DNA from: the human T2T-CHM13v2.0 reference genome, Homo sapiens
DNA: 64,000 bases
Assembly (NCBI RefSeq): GCF_009914755.1
Contig: NC_060925.1
Direction: 5' to 3' (one strand)
Both the position numbers and the translations under genes were made by a program. The notes beneath the pieces are model-generated. The model was not told where the DNA came from, did no database searches, and worked only from the letters and a program-made list of their open reading frames with translations. Below, one piece after another: positions 29,311 to 42,628 of the stretch. Positions within the stretch are counted from its first letter, which is position 1. Every line of letters begins with the position of its first letter.

Positions 29311-29566
29311 CTTTCTTTTCTTTCTTTCTTTTCTTTGTTTCTTTTTTTTTTTTTTTTTTTTTTGAGACAGGGCCTCCCTTTGTCACTCAGGCTAGAGTGC
29401 AGTGGCTCGATCATAGCTCACTGCAGCCTCAAACTCCTGAGCTCAAGGGATCCTCCCACCTCAGCATCCAAGTAGATGGGGCTACAGGTGCACACTACCA
29501 CACCCTGCCAATGTTTCTTTCTTTTTGTAGAGACTGAGTCTCACTTTTTTGCCCAGGCTGGTTGAA
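29311..29566 (-). mobile_element. Alu (AluJ-like), 5'-truncated, antisense
   Basis: T-rich tail, then gagacagggcctccc...gatcatagctcactgcagcctcaaactcctgagctcaagggatcctcccacctcagc. Confidence 0.9.
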
Positions 29567-30739
29567 ACCCAGATGCTCTCCATTTCCAGAGCCTCCATCC
29601 ACTGCGCTGCAAGGTCTGGCACCTCTCCTTCTCTGGAACTGCTCTGTGGGCCCAGGAACAGGAGTTCCAGTCCTAAGTGGGTGCTGTGTAAACCTTGTAC
29701 AATTTGCTATATAGCCCCTGCCCTGCGTGCGTACTTGAGTGAGTGTCAGGGAAAAGGTAAAGGATTTTGCACTTATTCATTCGTCCACTGCACACTACTT
29801 GGCACCATGCTGAGCCTGGGGACCAGCAGGGGACAACTAGACAAGGTCCCTTCTGGAGAATGCAAGGGCTTTGGGGGAAAAACCATTATCTCCAGGCAGC
29901 CAAGACAAATCCAAGGGGGTCAATGCTATCGTGCAGCCCCCAGCTCCACTACAGTGGCCAGTCACAGAGACCTTCGTCACCACCCTTCCTGGGAGTGCAG
30001 GAGGATTCCCAGGGGGGATCAGGGACAAAGGCCACCTCCATCCCTACTGGTACAGGCCCTACTGACTCTTTCTTTCTTTACAAAGTGACAACTTCACAAC
30101 ATTTCAACTTTAGAAAGTTCTCGGTCTTCAGTACCCACCAAATATGTTGAATAATACTCTGTAAGGTTGGGTTGTTGTTTCTGTAGTTTCCTATAGTTTG
30201 TTTGTTTGTTTGTTTGTTTGGTCTTGTTTTGTTTTGTTTTTTGTTTTGTTTTTTCCAACCACCTGCCCTGACATCATGTCCACATGACCTGAATTCAAGG
30301 GAGTAGCCCTTTCCCTCCCATCTCTGCTCCATCCACCCACACATGGCTGGCTGCTCACTTAATTCCCCTGGAGCCCACACAGTAAGCCTCGCACCCCACC
30401 CAAGACTGTGCTGGGCCCTGGACGGCCAAGGGTCTGAGCCCCTCAGCTCTGCATCCTTGGAGAACAAACACCACCAGAGGGACCTACAGCTTCTGACCAC
30501 CCCCCTTCATCTCTCACGTCCCACCTGGAGGACTTGGGCTCTGTCACATCAGGCAAGCCCCTGCCTCAATCTGGGCCTCAGTTTTCCCATCCGTTGAGTG
30601 AGGTCCAGACAGGGGAGTCAGCCAAACACCAACACCTTTCATTACCCACTGTGAAGAGCTCAACTCCTTGACTCACCATGGGCCCCACTTGGACAGTGCA
30701 TCCTCCATCTGTGTTCCCAGCACAAGGCCTGGCACACAG

Positions 30740-30975
30740 CAGGGCAGCATGGTGCATGGTTCTGAGGATGAACCTGGAGTCAGACAGGCTGGGCTCAAGT
30801 CCTGGCTTTGCTACCCATGTGGTCTGGCGCTTTGCTTCTAAGGGTCTCAGATCCCTCATCTGTAACAAGGTGACAGCACTGTCACCTCTGCCAGGGGCTG
30901 TTGTGGGGATCAAATGCGACAGCGGGTGAGAGGCTCTCAGCACGGGGCCCACACACACTGGGTGCTCAATTAATG
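30740..30975 (+). mobile_element. MIR SINE
   Basis: ctggagtcagacaggctgggctcaagtcctggctttgctac...ctcatctgtaac...gttgtggggatcaaatg...gtgctcaattaatgtt. Confidence 0.75.
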
Positions 30976-31014
30976 TTAACAGCTGTTAATAATATTAAAT
31001 AACTTCCGACTTCC

Positions 31015-31640
31015 CCCACGGTGGGCGCCTCCCGGGCCCAGCAGCCTCTTGGCTGGGAAAGAGACAGACGGGGGCCCCCTTCCCCGGGAACTGACTTTCC
31101 AGTGGGAACAAGGACGACCGTCGAGGAACCCGACAAATGAATTAAACCAGCACCAGCGTGATGAGCAAAGCGGAGAAGGAAAGAGGGCGCTGTGAGGAGA
31201 GCGAGGTTCCTCCGGGAAAGCTCCTTCTGCTCCAGGTGACAGCGGAGAGAGATGCCACCGCGCGGCGACCGGCAGGGCCGCGTCCCCTCTGCGTCCTAGC
31301 ACAGCGACGCCCCGCCCGGCACCCGCCCTACGTCACCCACAGCCCCCGACACCGCCCCCTCCCCCGGCCCTGGGCTTCCAGTCCCTGACAGTCCCTTCCT
31401 GGGACGCCGCCCCCCAACGCCCGCCCTCTCTGGACCCTAGGACGGCCCCGGGCACCTGCATATGATGTGTGGCCACGCCCCCGCCACAGCTAATTGGACC
31501 GGGGTGGACACCTGAACCCAGTCGGACCAATCAACTCCTGGGTTGCCCCGAGACCCGGACCGGGCCCTGTCCACAGGCTGGACCTGAGCGAGGGAAGGCG
31601 GGAGACGGAGGGCTGGAGGCGGAGGGCGGGAGGCGGAAGG
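31015..31640. promoter_or_regulatory. CpG island with promoter-like motifs (GC boxes, paired CCAAT boxes)
   Basis: Dense CpG compared with the CpG-depleted flanks; CCACGCCC at 31473-31480, ATTGG at 31493-31497, CCAAT at 31527-31531, several GGGCGG/CCGCCC. Confidence 0.75.
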
Positions 31641-33039
31641 CTGGCCCTGAGCTGGGACCCGAGAGGGAGAAAGGGCAGTCCCCTCCCTCAGGTCCTGCTG
31701 CCCTCCCCACCTCACCTCTCCTGGGAGTCAGGTCCCAGCTGTGACTTAAGCCAGTACCAGTGGGTTTCAGTGCCTCCCAGCAGAGCGCCCCATTCGCTTC
31801 CCCTGCTCCTCGCAAGCAAACCAGTGTCCTCCCCTCCCCAGCTCCTCTGCACCCCTCTGGGCCCCTGCCCTGTCTTCTCTGGGGCCACTACTGGACCCAA
31901 GCTTCCCAGGGGCCGGGCTTCTGGTGTTCTGGAGGAATGAGTGAATGAATAACAAAGCCTCGGAGCCGCCCCCAACAATGGAAAGACCCAGGGCCGAGTG
32001 GCAGGCAGAGCTGGACTTAGGTCCTCCTCTGCTCCTCTCGACCTCCCTGAGCCCCCACCTCCTCACCTGCAGCCGAGCGGGGTGGCCACCCAGTTAGTGC
32101 CAGCTGCGTGAGTGCTATGCCTTACGCATTTTATAAATTTCTTTTCGGTAAGAGATTGCAGACCTAGGCTCAGCTTCCTCCTCCCTGAATATCTTGAAAT
32201 GCACCCCCGCCAGGAGCTATAGGTGGTGGGGGCAGCCAGGAGACAGGGTCCTTCCCAGCTCAGGCTGCGGAGGGAGTGGAGGCCCAGCAGGTGCGAAGCC
32301 ACTAAGGCCAGTCTTGGTTAGCCATGAATGTGGGCCTCGTTCCTCAGGGGAGAGGAGCTGAAGTCAAGAGCCCCTAGGTCCTGCACTTCCCCCACCCCCA
32401 CTGTTAAGAGGAGGTGGAGGTAGAGGCAGGGGCACCTGTCAGCAGGAGGGACCCTCTGGGATCCTCCATGGCTCCTAGACAGGGATGGAACGCAGGGGCT
32501 GGGGTGGGTGCTGAGGGAGAAGAGCTGTCCGCCTCCTGCCCTCCTCCCTTTCGCAGCTCTCTGCTTGCACTGGAACCTCTCAGGGTACAGCTCTGGGGGA
32601 GGAGGGAGGAGGAAAAAAAAAAAGGAATGAGAGAGGGGGGAGGCTGTGGGACTTCCTTGGGGGTGCTGAAGCAGATAGTAGGGAGAGAGGAGCGGGGAAT
32701 CTAAGTGCAGAGACAGCACAACCCTTTAATTTAGTGCGGCTTTTTCTAGCAGCTCATCAACTTGAGAAGAGGCTGTTTAACTGCTATTTTTGTAAATCCT
32801 GTGTGTCCAAATCTGGCCTTTTCCAGTGCTCCGATTTCAACCCCCACATCATGTACTACCTCCCCTCTGACTCCCAATACAAGTTGGAAGGGTTTATTTT
32901 TTTTCTGCATCTTTCTTTCTTGGGCAGGTCCACAGGCTGGGTCTGGGGGCTTCCAGGGAAGGGGAGGAAGCACTGGGACCCCTCCTCAGCCTCCTTTGCC
33001 TGTTTCTGTCATCACCATGTCCTCCAAATATGGGAATGC

Positions 33040-33720
33040 CCCAGGGCTGGGTCTTCAGATCTCTTCTTCTCTCTGTCTAGCCTTATTGCCTAGATGGCCC
33101 AAGCCAGTTTCAAGGCTTAAATAGGGACTGAGCATTGAAAACCCCCAAGTGTGTTTCTCCAGCTTGGAGCTCCAGGTACTTATATCCAACTGCCTTTTCC
33201 ATGTCACCTCTCTGAGGTCTAATGGGCTTCTCAAATTCAGCATCCAAAACTTAACTCCAGACTCGCTGCTGTCCCCAGCAGTCCCCAAGACTGCTCCTCC
33301 CACAGCTGCCCCATCTCCATGAATGACACTCCATCCGTCTAGTGGCTCAGTCTAAACCTTGGAGTCCTCCTTGACACCTCACTTGCCACACCCACATTCA
33401 ATCCGCCAGCAAATCCTGATGGCTTTAACTTCAAAACATGGCCAGAAACTGACCACTTCCCATGACCATGACTTCCCTGGTCCAGCCACCTGCCTCTCTC
33501 ACCTGCCCACAGGGATGCCTTGCTTTATCCACGCCCACCCTCTGCAGACTCTCCTCGACCCAGCAGCCAGTCACAGTAACCCATCAATCAGAGCATGTCA
33601 CTCCTCTGCTCCCAAACCACCAAGGTTCGCATCCTCATCACACTCAGGGTCAACCCAAGGGTTCTAATCGCAGACCACAAGGCTCCACAGTGCCCATCCT
33701 CCTGTCACCCCCTTTCCTCC
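33040..33720 (+). mobile_element. L2 LINE fragment
   Basis: tatatccaactgcc...ctcaaattcagcatccaaaac...aaaccttggagtcctccttgacacctc...atccgccagcaaatcctg. Confidence 0.75.
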
Positions 33721-34433
33721 ATCTGGGTTTCTAGGGGAAGAATCAAGTGAATACAAGGGAGAGAGAACAAGAGGGAAGAAATAGAGCAAGAGTCTGATAG
33801 ACCAGCCTGACTGAGTAGATGAGAGCGAGAGAGAAAGAGAAAGAGAGAGAGAGAGAGATAAGGAGCCACTCAACACCCCCCATGGGTGCATGGCCTGACC
33901 CTGGTCCTCAGGGCCTTGCACATCATGAAGTCAACACCCCAGTTTCCTGAGGACAGTGCCCTTTGCAAATTCAAAGTGAATATGCATCTCCAATGAGCCG
34001 GGGACAGTGGTGGGATATACACGCCATGGAGGGCCAAATGAGGCAGCAGGGGAGGGATCTCAGAGCCACTAAATCACAGCCGCGGGAAACTCTCCTTGGT
34101 GCTCCCAGAGATTTAGGGGCAGGGGGAAACACTGTGAGTTGAGCAGCTACTATATGCTTCCTGCCAAGCATAGCTTAATGGGGTGTGAAGAGGATTGAAG
34201 GAGTGTGTAGAGGGCTGTTGGTATCTGGTAAGCGCTCGGTGAAAGGTGGCTATTGTTACTATCTTAATAACAGCCTCCTGGGGCCAACATCATATTCCTC
34301 AAGTCACTGAAGAGACTCAAAGCAGTCAGTCCAGTCTTTCCGATTCCAGAACCTGGGCTGTTGACACTGCCTGCCAGCTCGGCATCAGCCTCCAGTTGCT
34401 TCACTATTATTTTTTAAAATCCTATGTGTCTAA

Positions 34434-34895
<462 letters not shown>

Positions 34896-37570
34896 ATGAG
34901 TCAAGGCCCTTCTTAACCTAGCCTTCCCCAGCCCTGTGTGGCCTCCTCCCCTGAACCATACGCAGATCTTGTTTCCACTGTGCATTGCATTCTTCTCAAG
35001 ATCCTTTTTCTACCTTATCCACTTGGAAAACCCCTACTGATCCAGCAAAACCCAGATTAGAGGCCTCTTCCAGAAAGCCTCCCTGCCTTCTCCCTATCCC
35101 TGTATAGTAAATCTTCTCCTCTCTTCTACTTCTGAGGTTTGCAGCATTCGAGTGGCTCTGGGGTCTTGAGGACCCAGCCCCCTTGGCATGGACACTGTCA
35201 TCCTCATCCCTGCTGGGGCACCACCAGTAGGGCACCTCCAGGCACCTCTAGAGGCTTCCCGAGTAGAGATCAGTGACAGCCAGGGGGAGAACAGCACAGC
35301 CTCCACCTGGTGACCATACCTGGTGGGTTGGTTTGTGAACCCACGCGAGATACCCCAGGGACTCCCAGCTGGGGACTTTGCAAGAAATGGCTGCTCCCTC
35401 GGGTGCACCTCGGGTGCAGGAGGACCATAGCTTTGTGCAGACTAGCTTTCCTGTGACCTGCTGCATTTCCGTGCACAGGCTATTGAGATCGCTAGCTACA
35501 GCAGACCCCCAGCTGGGTGCACATGTTTCCCTGTGTGCCCCTCCCAAGAGACCTCTGCAGCCCAGAGGCGGGCTCTAACTCAGGAAGAAAGCCTGGCCCA
35601 TTTTGATCCCTATCACATCTCCAGCCCTGGAACTATCAGAGCCTGCTATGGGCACACAATGGCTGGGCCTAGGGCTATTTGCATGGAAACCCACTGCACC
35701 CCACCTACCCAGATCTGTACCCGGGATCCAGACAGCTCAGCAGCATGCTTGATCTTTTTCTTCTGACAAATCACTGTGGTTTTGCTAAAGCCAAACGGTG
35801 TGGAAAGTACAATGTATGCAGGTGTCACAGGCATAAAAACCAACCTCTGGTTCTGCAGGTTTTATTGGTCTCATCCACAGTCACCCGCTGCCCCCCACCC
35901 CTAGGGATGTGTGCAAAGCCCTGGGCTTCGATTTCCAGCATAATGAACAGCTGTTTTCTCTATTTTTCCTTTCTCTCTTCTTTTCTTTGTTTTTTCCTCT
36001 TCTTTCTCTCCTTTATCCCTTGCTGCCTGTAATCTCTGAGAACAGAGAAACACGATCTCAGACTGGCGTTGCCTTCCGCTAATCAGAGCCTAATTCCTTT
36101 ATCACAGAGCTCAGAGATGGAGATTTCCAAAGGAGGCAGAAAGGAGGATACTGACCATAATTAACATTTGTCTGCTTTGCAGAAAACAGGAATTATTCCA
36201 AGGTGTGGATTTCTTTTTCAGGAGTATTAGAATGAGTCACTGGGAGGCAGCCATGGATGAGTAGATACCCCAGCAGGCAGAGCAAGAATTCAGAGGAAAG
36301 GAGAAGTGCCAAGCTGAGAGGTGAGAGGGCAAACCTTGAGGCAGAATTGAAGGGGCCCCACAACAAGGGCCAGAGCCAAGCTGGACCCCCTACCAGGACA
36401 ACAGGAAGCTCTGGGTCTCAGGGGAGGGGGACCTGAGGCCCTTCCTAGGTTTATCCTCGTTCACTTGAACTTTCCACCCTGCCCACCCCCAATTACACCT
36501 CTTTCATTAAGATGGCCCTGTCTGACCCAGATAGAAATGAGGGAAGATTCCCGTGTGGCCAGAGTAGAGGGCATTTTGGGGGAACAGCAGGAAATCAGGC
36601 TGAAGCTGTGATTCAGGTGAACTCAGGGGGTTATCAAATGCTGTGCCTAAGAGCTGGGTATTATGCTGAAGACAGCTGGGAGCCATTGAAGGCTGTTTGG
36701 GTGTTGGGGTTTTTTTGTGTTTTTTTTTTTTTTTTTTTTTTTGCATTTTGTTCTGTTGTCTTCTGTTATGTCATGTTCCTTGAACCAGAAGCCATGAGTG
36801 GATTTGCCTTTACAGGCAGGCAGGCCAAGTGAGAAACTGCCTCAGTCATTAATGGAGAGGATGGTGGCCTGGTCCCAATGAACACCTGGGTTGGAGCAAA
36901 AGAGACAGATTCCATTAGGAGGCAGGAGGTGGAATGAATGGGACTTGGTGACCCAGACACAAGGAGGAGGCAAGAAAATCAGTTCATTCATTAGTGGTCA
37001 CTGGACACCCACTATGCGCCCAGCCCTATGCTGAGCATCTCACCTCTGCTCCTCATCAGAGTGTGCCAGCCACTGAAAATGCTAAGTTTGGGCATCTCCA
37101 GTGATGAATCAGGGGCTTAGTGAGGTTGAGGATATGTCCAAAGTCCCCCTACAAAGCAGTAGGGCCCATGTTCAACCTGAAATGATTCAGGGAATGTTTC
37201 TGAGACAGTCTCAGGCCTCAGTGACAGATGATAGGAGTGAGGTGAGAGAGGGAAGAAGAGAGACGTGGCCCTTCCCCTCCCCCTCCTCTAATCCCAGCCT
37301 TGGGGCCTTTTTATCCGAAGACCCCACCCCCACACATATGATTCACCTCATTCCTAACAGCTGAACCCATCTGTGGGAAGAGCACTGGACACGGAGTCCA
37401 GGGGCTCAGGCTGGACCCCACCTCCATGCTTTCCTAGCTGGACGCCTTCAATTCACATTCCTTCACCTCTGGGAGCTACAGTGTCCTCCTGAGTAATGTG
37501 AGGATAACAGTATCTTCTTCCCCACACTGCTATGAGAATGAAAGGAAACCCACACTTACCAAGTCAACAC

Positions 37571-37657
37571 AGGCTGACGCAGGAGGGTCACTCGAGCCCA
37601 GGAGGTCGAGGCTGCAGGGAGCTAGGATTGTGCCACTGCTCTCCAGCCTGGGCAACA
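37571..37657 (+). mobile_element. Alu right-arm fragment (AluJ-like) without tail
   Basis: aggctgacgcaggagggtcactcgagcccaggaggtcgaggctgcag...ctccagcctgggcaaca. Confidence 0.8.
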
Positions 37658-38629
37658 GGCCAGGCAATGCCCCCATGCACAGGTGCCAAGTCAGTTCACA
37701 CGACACCCTTAGATAATGTTGGATTTTACTAAATTCAGGCCTTCCAAGCTGTGGCACAGAACTGCACTTTGATAAACATTCATTACATGAATTAGTGTGT
37801 TAATTAATGGGTTTGAATTCTGTCTCTGACTGTCATTAGCTGTGTGACCCCCAACTGGGGTCCTGCCCCCAGGACATCTCTGTTCCCACCTCCATTCATC
37901 TCTATAAAGTATCGTCATTCGCTCCTGAGTTCCAAATATAAAACACAGAGAAACAGACGCAGATTCAGACAGACACAAAGCCTGAAGGGCAGAAACAGAA
38001 AGAAGTGCGTCAGGGAGGAGCCAGGTGTCTCGCACTCCATGTGGCGCCAGAGCTGGAAAGGCGCAGCCGTAGCTGCTCAGCGCACCGCACCAGTAATTAA
38101 GCGGGAACTTTAGGACATGGTGCTGGAGGAGGTTTTCATTATCTCTCCTCTGAAGGTTGGGAGGTGGGGTGTCCTGCAGGAGAATGGAGCCCAGGCCCCT
38201 CAGAGGTGGAGATGAGGACGGATAGGAGGAAGGAAGCCCAGAGGGAGGAGGGGAGGCTGAGACTAGCGGAGCTCACACCTTGCCAGCGCCATCATTGTGC
38301 CTGAGCCCTCGCACAAGCCTGGGGGATGTGGACTACCACCCCTCTGACAGGAGGACACTGAGGTCTGAGTGGTGAGGAAACTGGTCCAGCCCCCGCAGCC
38401 AGGGAGGGCAGAGCTATTCAGTCACCACGGGGACAGAGAAGCCATCACTGCCCTCCAGGCCCCCAGTCCAGTGAGGAACAGATGATGGCAGCACCGTGGG
38501 ATCTGATGAGGGAGACACAGAGGGTGTGGGAGCTACAGGGTCCCCTAGCCCATCCTGGGGGATCAGGGAGCTCCCCAAGGAGGTGCTGCCTACACTGGGA
38601 CCTGGAAGATAGCAGGGGTTAATTCTACC

Positions 38630-38895
38630 TGGAGGAGGAGAATGGGAGGAGGATGTGGAAGGGAGAGGAGGAAGAGGAAGAAGAGAAGAAGAGAGGGAGG
38701 AGGAGGGAGAGGAGGAAGAGGAAGCAAGGAGGAAGAGGGGAGGAGGAAGAAGAGAGGAGGAAGAAAAAGAGGAAGAGAAGAGAGGAAGGAGAAAGAGAAA
38801 GAAGAGGAGGAGAAAAGAAGGAGGAAGAAGAGAAGAGTAAGGAAGAGGAAGAGGAGGAGACAAGGAGGAGGAAGTGGGGAGAAAGAGAAAAAAGG
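38630..38895. repeat. GA-rich polypurine low-complexity tract
   Basis: ~260 bp of almost only G/A (GGA/GAA/GAG units). Confidence 0.95.
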
Positions 38896-41800
38896 TGGGG
38901 GAGAACAGGATGCAGTGGAGAGAACAACAAGTTTCCTTGGTGGTATCAATGGAGGTTTGCTCAATGAATGCATCTGCCAGTCGACTCCCACCCCGGCCTC
39001 CGCTCCTCCCAGCCCCCTGCCCAGGTGCCCTTCCTAGCCCGTTTGTGAGTTCAGTGTCGTCTCCACAGCCTGCCTCTTCAGGGGTGACTTGGGCTTCCCC
39101 AGAATGCCATCATATCTCTCTCCCCACTGTCTGCTTGGAATGTTGGCTCCTCCAGTGAGATGTGCATTCCCGGGGCCCAGGAACAGCCCTCATGGGACCC
39201 ACCTCCAAGTGAGCAGCCTGTGCTTCACAGGAAAAGACCCAACGTTGAGCTGAACTAACTGTGGACCTAGCCCAGGCTTGGATCAGTGGCAAGTCCTACC
39301 ACCAATGTCTGCAGTCTCAGCTCCCCCTGATGTACAAGTCCCCTTGTCCCTCCTGTATGGGGTCAGGGGAAAAGCAGGGACTTTGGGGTCAACCAGACCT
39401 GGGTTCAAATTCCCCTCCTGCCACTTAACGAGCTGAGTGGCCTGGGACAAGTCAGTCATCCTCAGGAACTCAGACTCCCCTCCGGGACAGTGGGAGTGGC
39501 CATGTCCATGTCAGGGGACAGCACATGGGTTGATGGGGCAGCCCTGGCGCACAGTAGGTGCTCAGTAAACCTCAGCACCCACCAGTCCTGACAAAGCCCA
39601 TCAAATGCTATAACTTGCATACAATGCAGACAGAACCAAGAATCAAAGAAGCTTCTGCATGAACCCTTGATCAGAGCAGCCTCCAGTCCCCAGCCCCACT
39701 CATCAGAGGCTCCAGCCAGGCCTGGAGCCCACCTCAGACCTACTTCTCCTAACATAATTTGTATGTTTTTTGTGAGGGTTATTCCACCCACTACATAGAA
39801 TAAATCTTTCAGGATGTTTAAATTCCAAGCTTTCTTGTAATTCCCCCAATATGTGAAGAGAGATTGTTGTGTTTCAGCAAAGGTCACACATAAAACATAC
39901 CGTACTGGATGGGAAAGGAGGCGAGGGCTGGATTAAGGAGCAATTGCCATCATTCATTAGGGGAAATCACAACACCTCCTTTCAAGGAGCACTTGCTCTG
40001 CCAGGGCTGCAAAGCCCAGATGACTGCACTCTCCTCCCCGCCACCTCAGAAATACATAATTTAGGAGCTCTAAGCTGCACTGCTTCTTACAGCAAGGGTG
40101 TGAGGCATGTTTCCTGAGTGCTGCTTCCTCAGGCCCATGAGAGCCCTGCAGGGCAGGAGGATCATTACCCACCCCCCACCCACCCCCGCCCCGCAATGAT
40201 GGAGACAGGTAGAGTGAGAGGTGCAGGGACTCGCCCACGACCACACACAGCAGGAAGGGGTGGGCTGGGCTTTGAACCCAGGTGTCTCTGGCTCTAAGGC
40301 CCCTTCTCCTTGTCCCCCACTCTCCTGCTCCCTGAGAACACAGTAGGATTACAGCAGGAAAGGTGAGCAGAGAAATTAGCCCAATCCAGGCAGATACTCC
40401 CCCAGGCTTTGGATTCAACCCGCTCCTCTGCTCATTTGCATGTATTTACATGCCAAGGCTCCAGAGGCCTCAAGTATAGGCAATAAAATCAATTAATTAT
40501 TGCAGCCGACCAGTGGGCACTTAGCTGCAGGATGCCCTCAGATCACTGTAACACACAGAATGGATTTTGGACAAGATCTGTGTCATTGCCTCTTGGGTCA
40601 ACAGAGCCAGCCCTGAACCGGGCCCAGTCTCTACCACCAGCCTTTCTTGGTCAGAAGTGAGATGCTCAAAGAAAAAGGATGACTTAATTTTCTGGAATAA
40701 AGAGTCTCTGCTATTTTGTGTTCTTACACCATAATACCCCTCTATAAAACCAGGGCCTCTGCTCTCTGCAAATGCAGCCAAGGCAGAGCCTTCTCCTACC
40801 CAGAGCCACCTGGATGCTCAGATAAGTCCTACCCCAAGCCCGGGGTGAAAGGACACCCCAGGCAGAGTGAGGGAAGGTGATATAGCCCAGGTCACACAGA
40901 CACGACTGAGTGGTGGCAGGCTTCCCTCTGATGAGCAGCTCCGGTCACCTCCGGGGTCCACCCATTAGTGCCCAGTCCCTGAGAGACCTGGGAGGAGGGG
41001 GTGGTGGGGCAGAGATCTGGGGCTCCTGGACCATGAGACCCAAATGCTATAATGCCCTAGATCCTACAATTCCAGTACCTTTAAGTGACATGGGAGGAAT
41101 CACATGTTTTCTACCAGCCATGTTCAGAGCCCTTTCTGGGGCCTGGTCTGTCTGCCCACAGGCTGGAAAAAGGCTGAACAGTGGGGTTGATCATGCCCAG
41201 ATGTGTGTGTGAATTAATGCATTGACAAATGCAGGAACAAATGAACTGATGCCTGAATGAATGTAGTAACAAATGGTGTGAATGGGTAAGAGCAAGAATG
41301 AACAAATGCACTGAACAAATGACAGTGTGAACTACTGGATGGAAGGAAACAAGTCTGCCTAAGTGAACAAGGCTAGATCATACCAGATATATGCCCATCA
41401 CATTGCTTTATCAGAGAGGAAACGGGCACAGAGAAATTAGGAACTTGCCCGAGGTCACATGGCTAGTATGAGATCTAGCTGAGATTCCAACCAGGCAGTC
41501 TGGCCCCAGGTCCCACACTTCCAGCTCTGCCGTGGGCTGGTGCCAGGGCCAAGGCTCACACAAGACTGAGCCTACCCACCCCACCCCCACCCACCCCCAG
41601 AGGACATTCAAAACAAACTAATAAAATCCAGCTCGTACAGTCCGAATGGTGCTCAGTTTCATCATCAAATCATTCCATCTTGTTGTTGGCTGGGATTTTG
41701 CTGGAAGCAGATCTTGCTTTTTCCGATGATTTTTCCAGTGGTTTCTAGCTTGCTCAACCTTCTGCATCTGTAGGGGCTGGAGGGGTACCATGCAGGCTGG

Positions 41801-42019
41801 GCGGGCTGCAGATGGCTTGCTCTAGGCAGGGCACCAAAAGGAGGGAATAAATGTCATTGTCAGAGGATGTCATGGTACACACCTTCCATAGCCCCTTAGC
41901 CCTCAAAAGTTATTGTTTTGGCCAGAGCAAGAGTTTAATCTTGCCTTGGTATCAACATTACTTGTTATACACTTGGCTCTTTAAGGTGAATGGGGGATGG
42001 CAAGGGGTGAGGCCAGCAA

Positions 42020-42240
42020 GAGAGGGTGGGAATTCACAGGAGGACAGATTTAGGCTCAGCATTCACAGCTACATCTGCTCAAAAGTGAGACAAGTTGCCC
42101 TGACAGGTAATGAGCACCCCGTCCCTAGAAGTGTTTAAGTTATTACAAAACAGTGAAGAGAGAGCTTCCCACATTACAGGAGGGAGTTGGACTAAGGTTA
42201 TCTTGTGATTCCGAGATTTCTATTTCAACTCTAAGTTTCT
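42020..42240 (+). mobile_element. L3/CR1 (or MIR3) 3' fragment
   Basis: gacagatttaggctc...ggtaatgagcaccccgtccctagaagtgtttaag...ggagttggactaagg...tttcaactctaag resembles the CR1 3' end. Confidence 0.55.
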
Positions 42241-42628
42241 CTGAATGATTCCATGTTCAAAGACTCTTGTAGAGATTCCTAAATTCTAAGATTCCGTGGG
42301 CCTGTGAGTCCATGAAGGCATCTGTGATCCTGTAATTCCAGGATTCTGTATAAAGACAAGATGCTTAGACCTGGCAATTCAAACATTATACAAAAAAGCA
42401 TCTCTGAGTGTACGAAAGATGTTCTAATTCCAAGATTCTGTGCAGCTCAGATGCTATGAATGGTACTGACGTATCTGAAAATGCCCCAACTCTGACAGAA
42501 GTGAAGGTTGGAAGATCCAGTATCTTTAGAAGGTGATTATTTGACTGTTTATCTCCAGGAACTTCAGCATTAAGAGTGGGATCCCTGGAAGTTCTTGATT
42601 CTATTCTCCCCTCTCTTCCTCACCTGGA

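Noticed and set aside
38417-38440. REST/RE1-like sequence TTCAGTCACCACGGGGACAG
   Set aside because: It needs insertions in both the left half-site and the spacer to fit the consensus; too weak.
38414-39037. Glu/Arg/Lys-rich and Ser/Leu/Pro-rich ORFs
   Set aside because: Translations of the GA-rich low-complexity tract.
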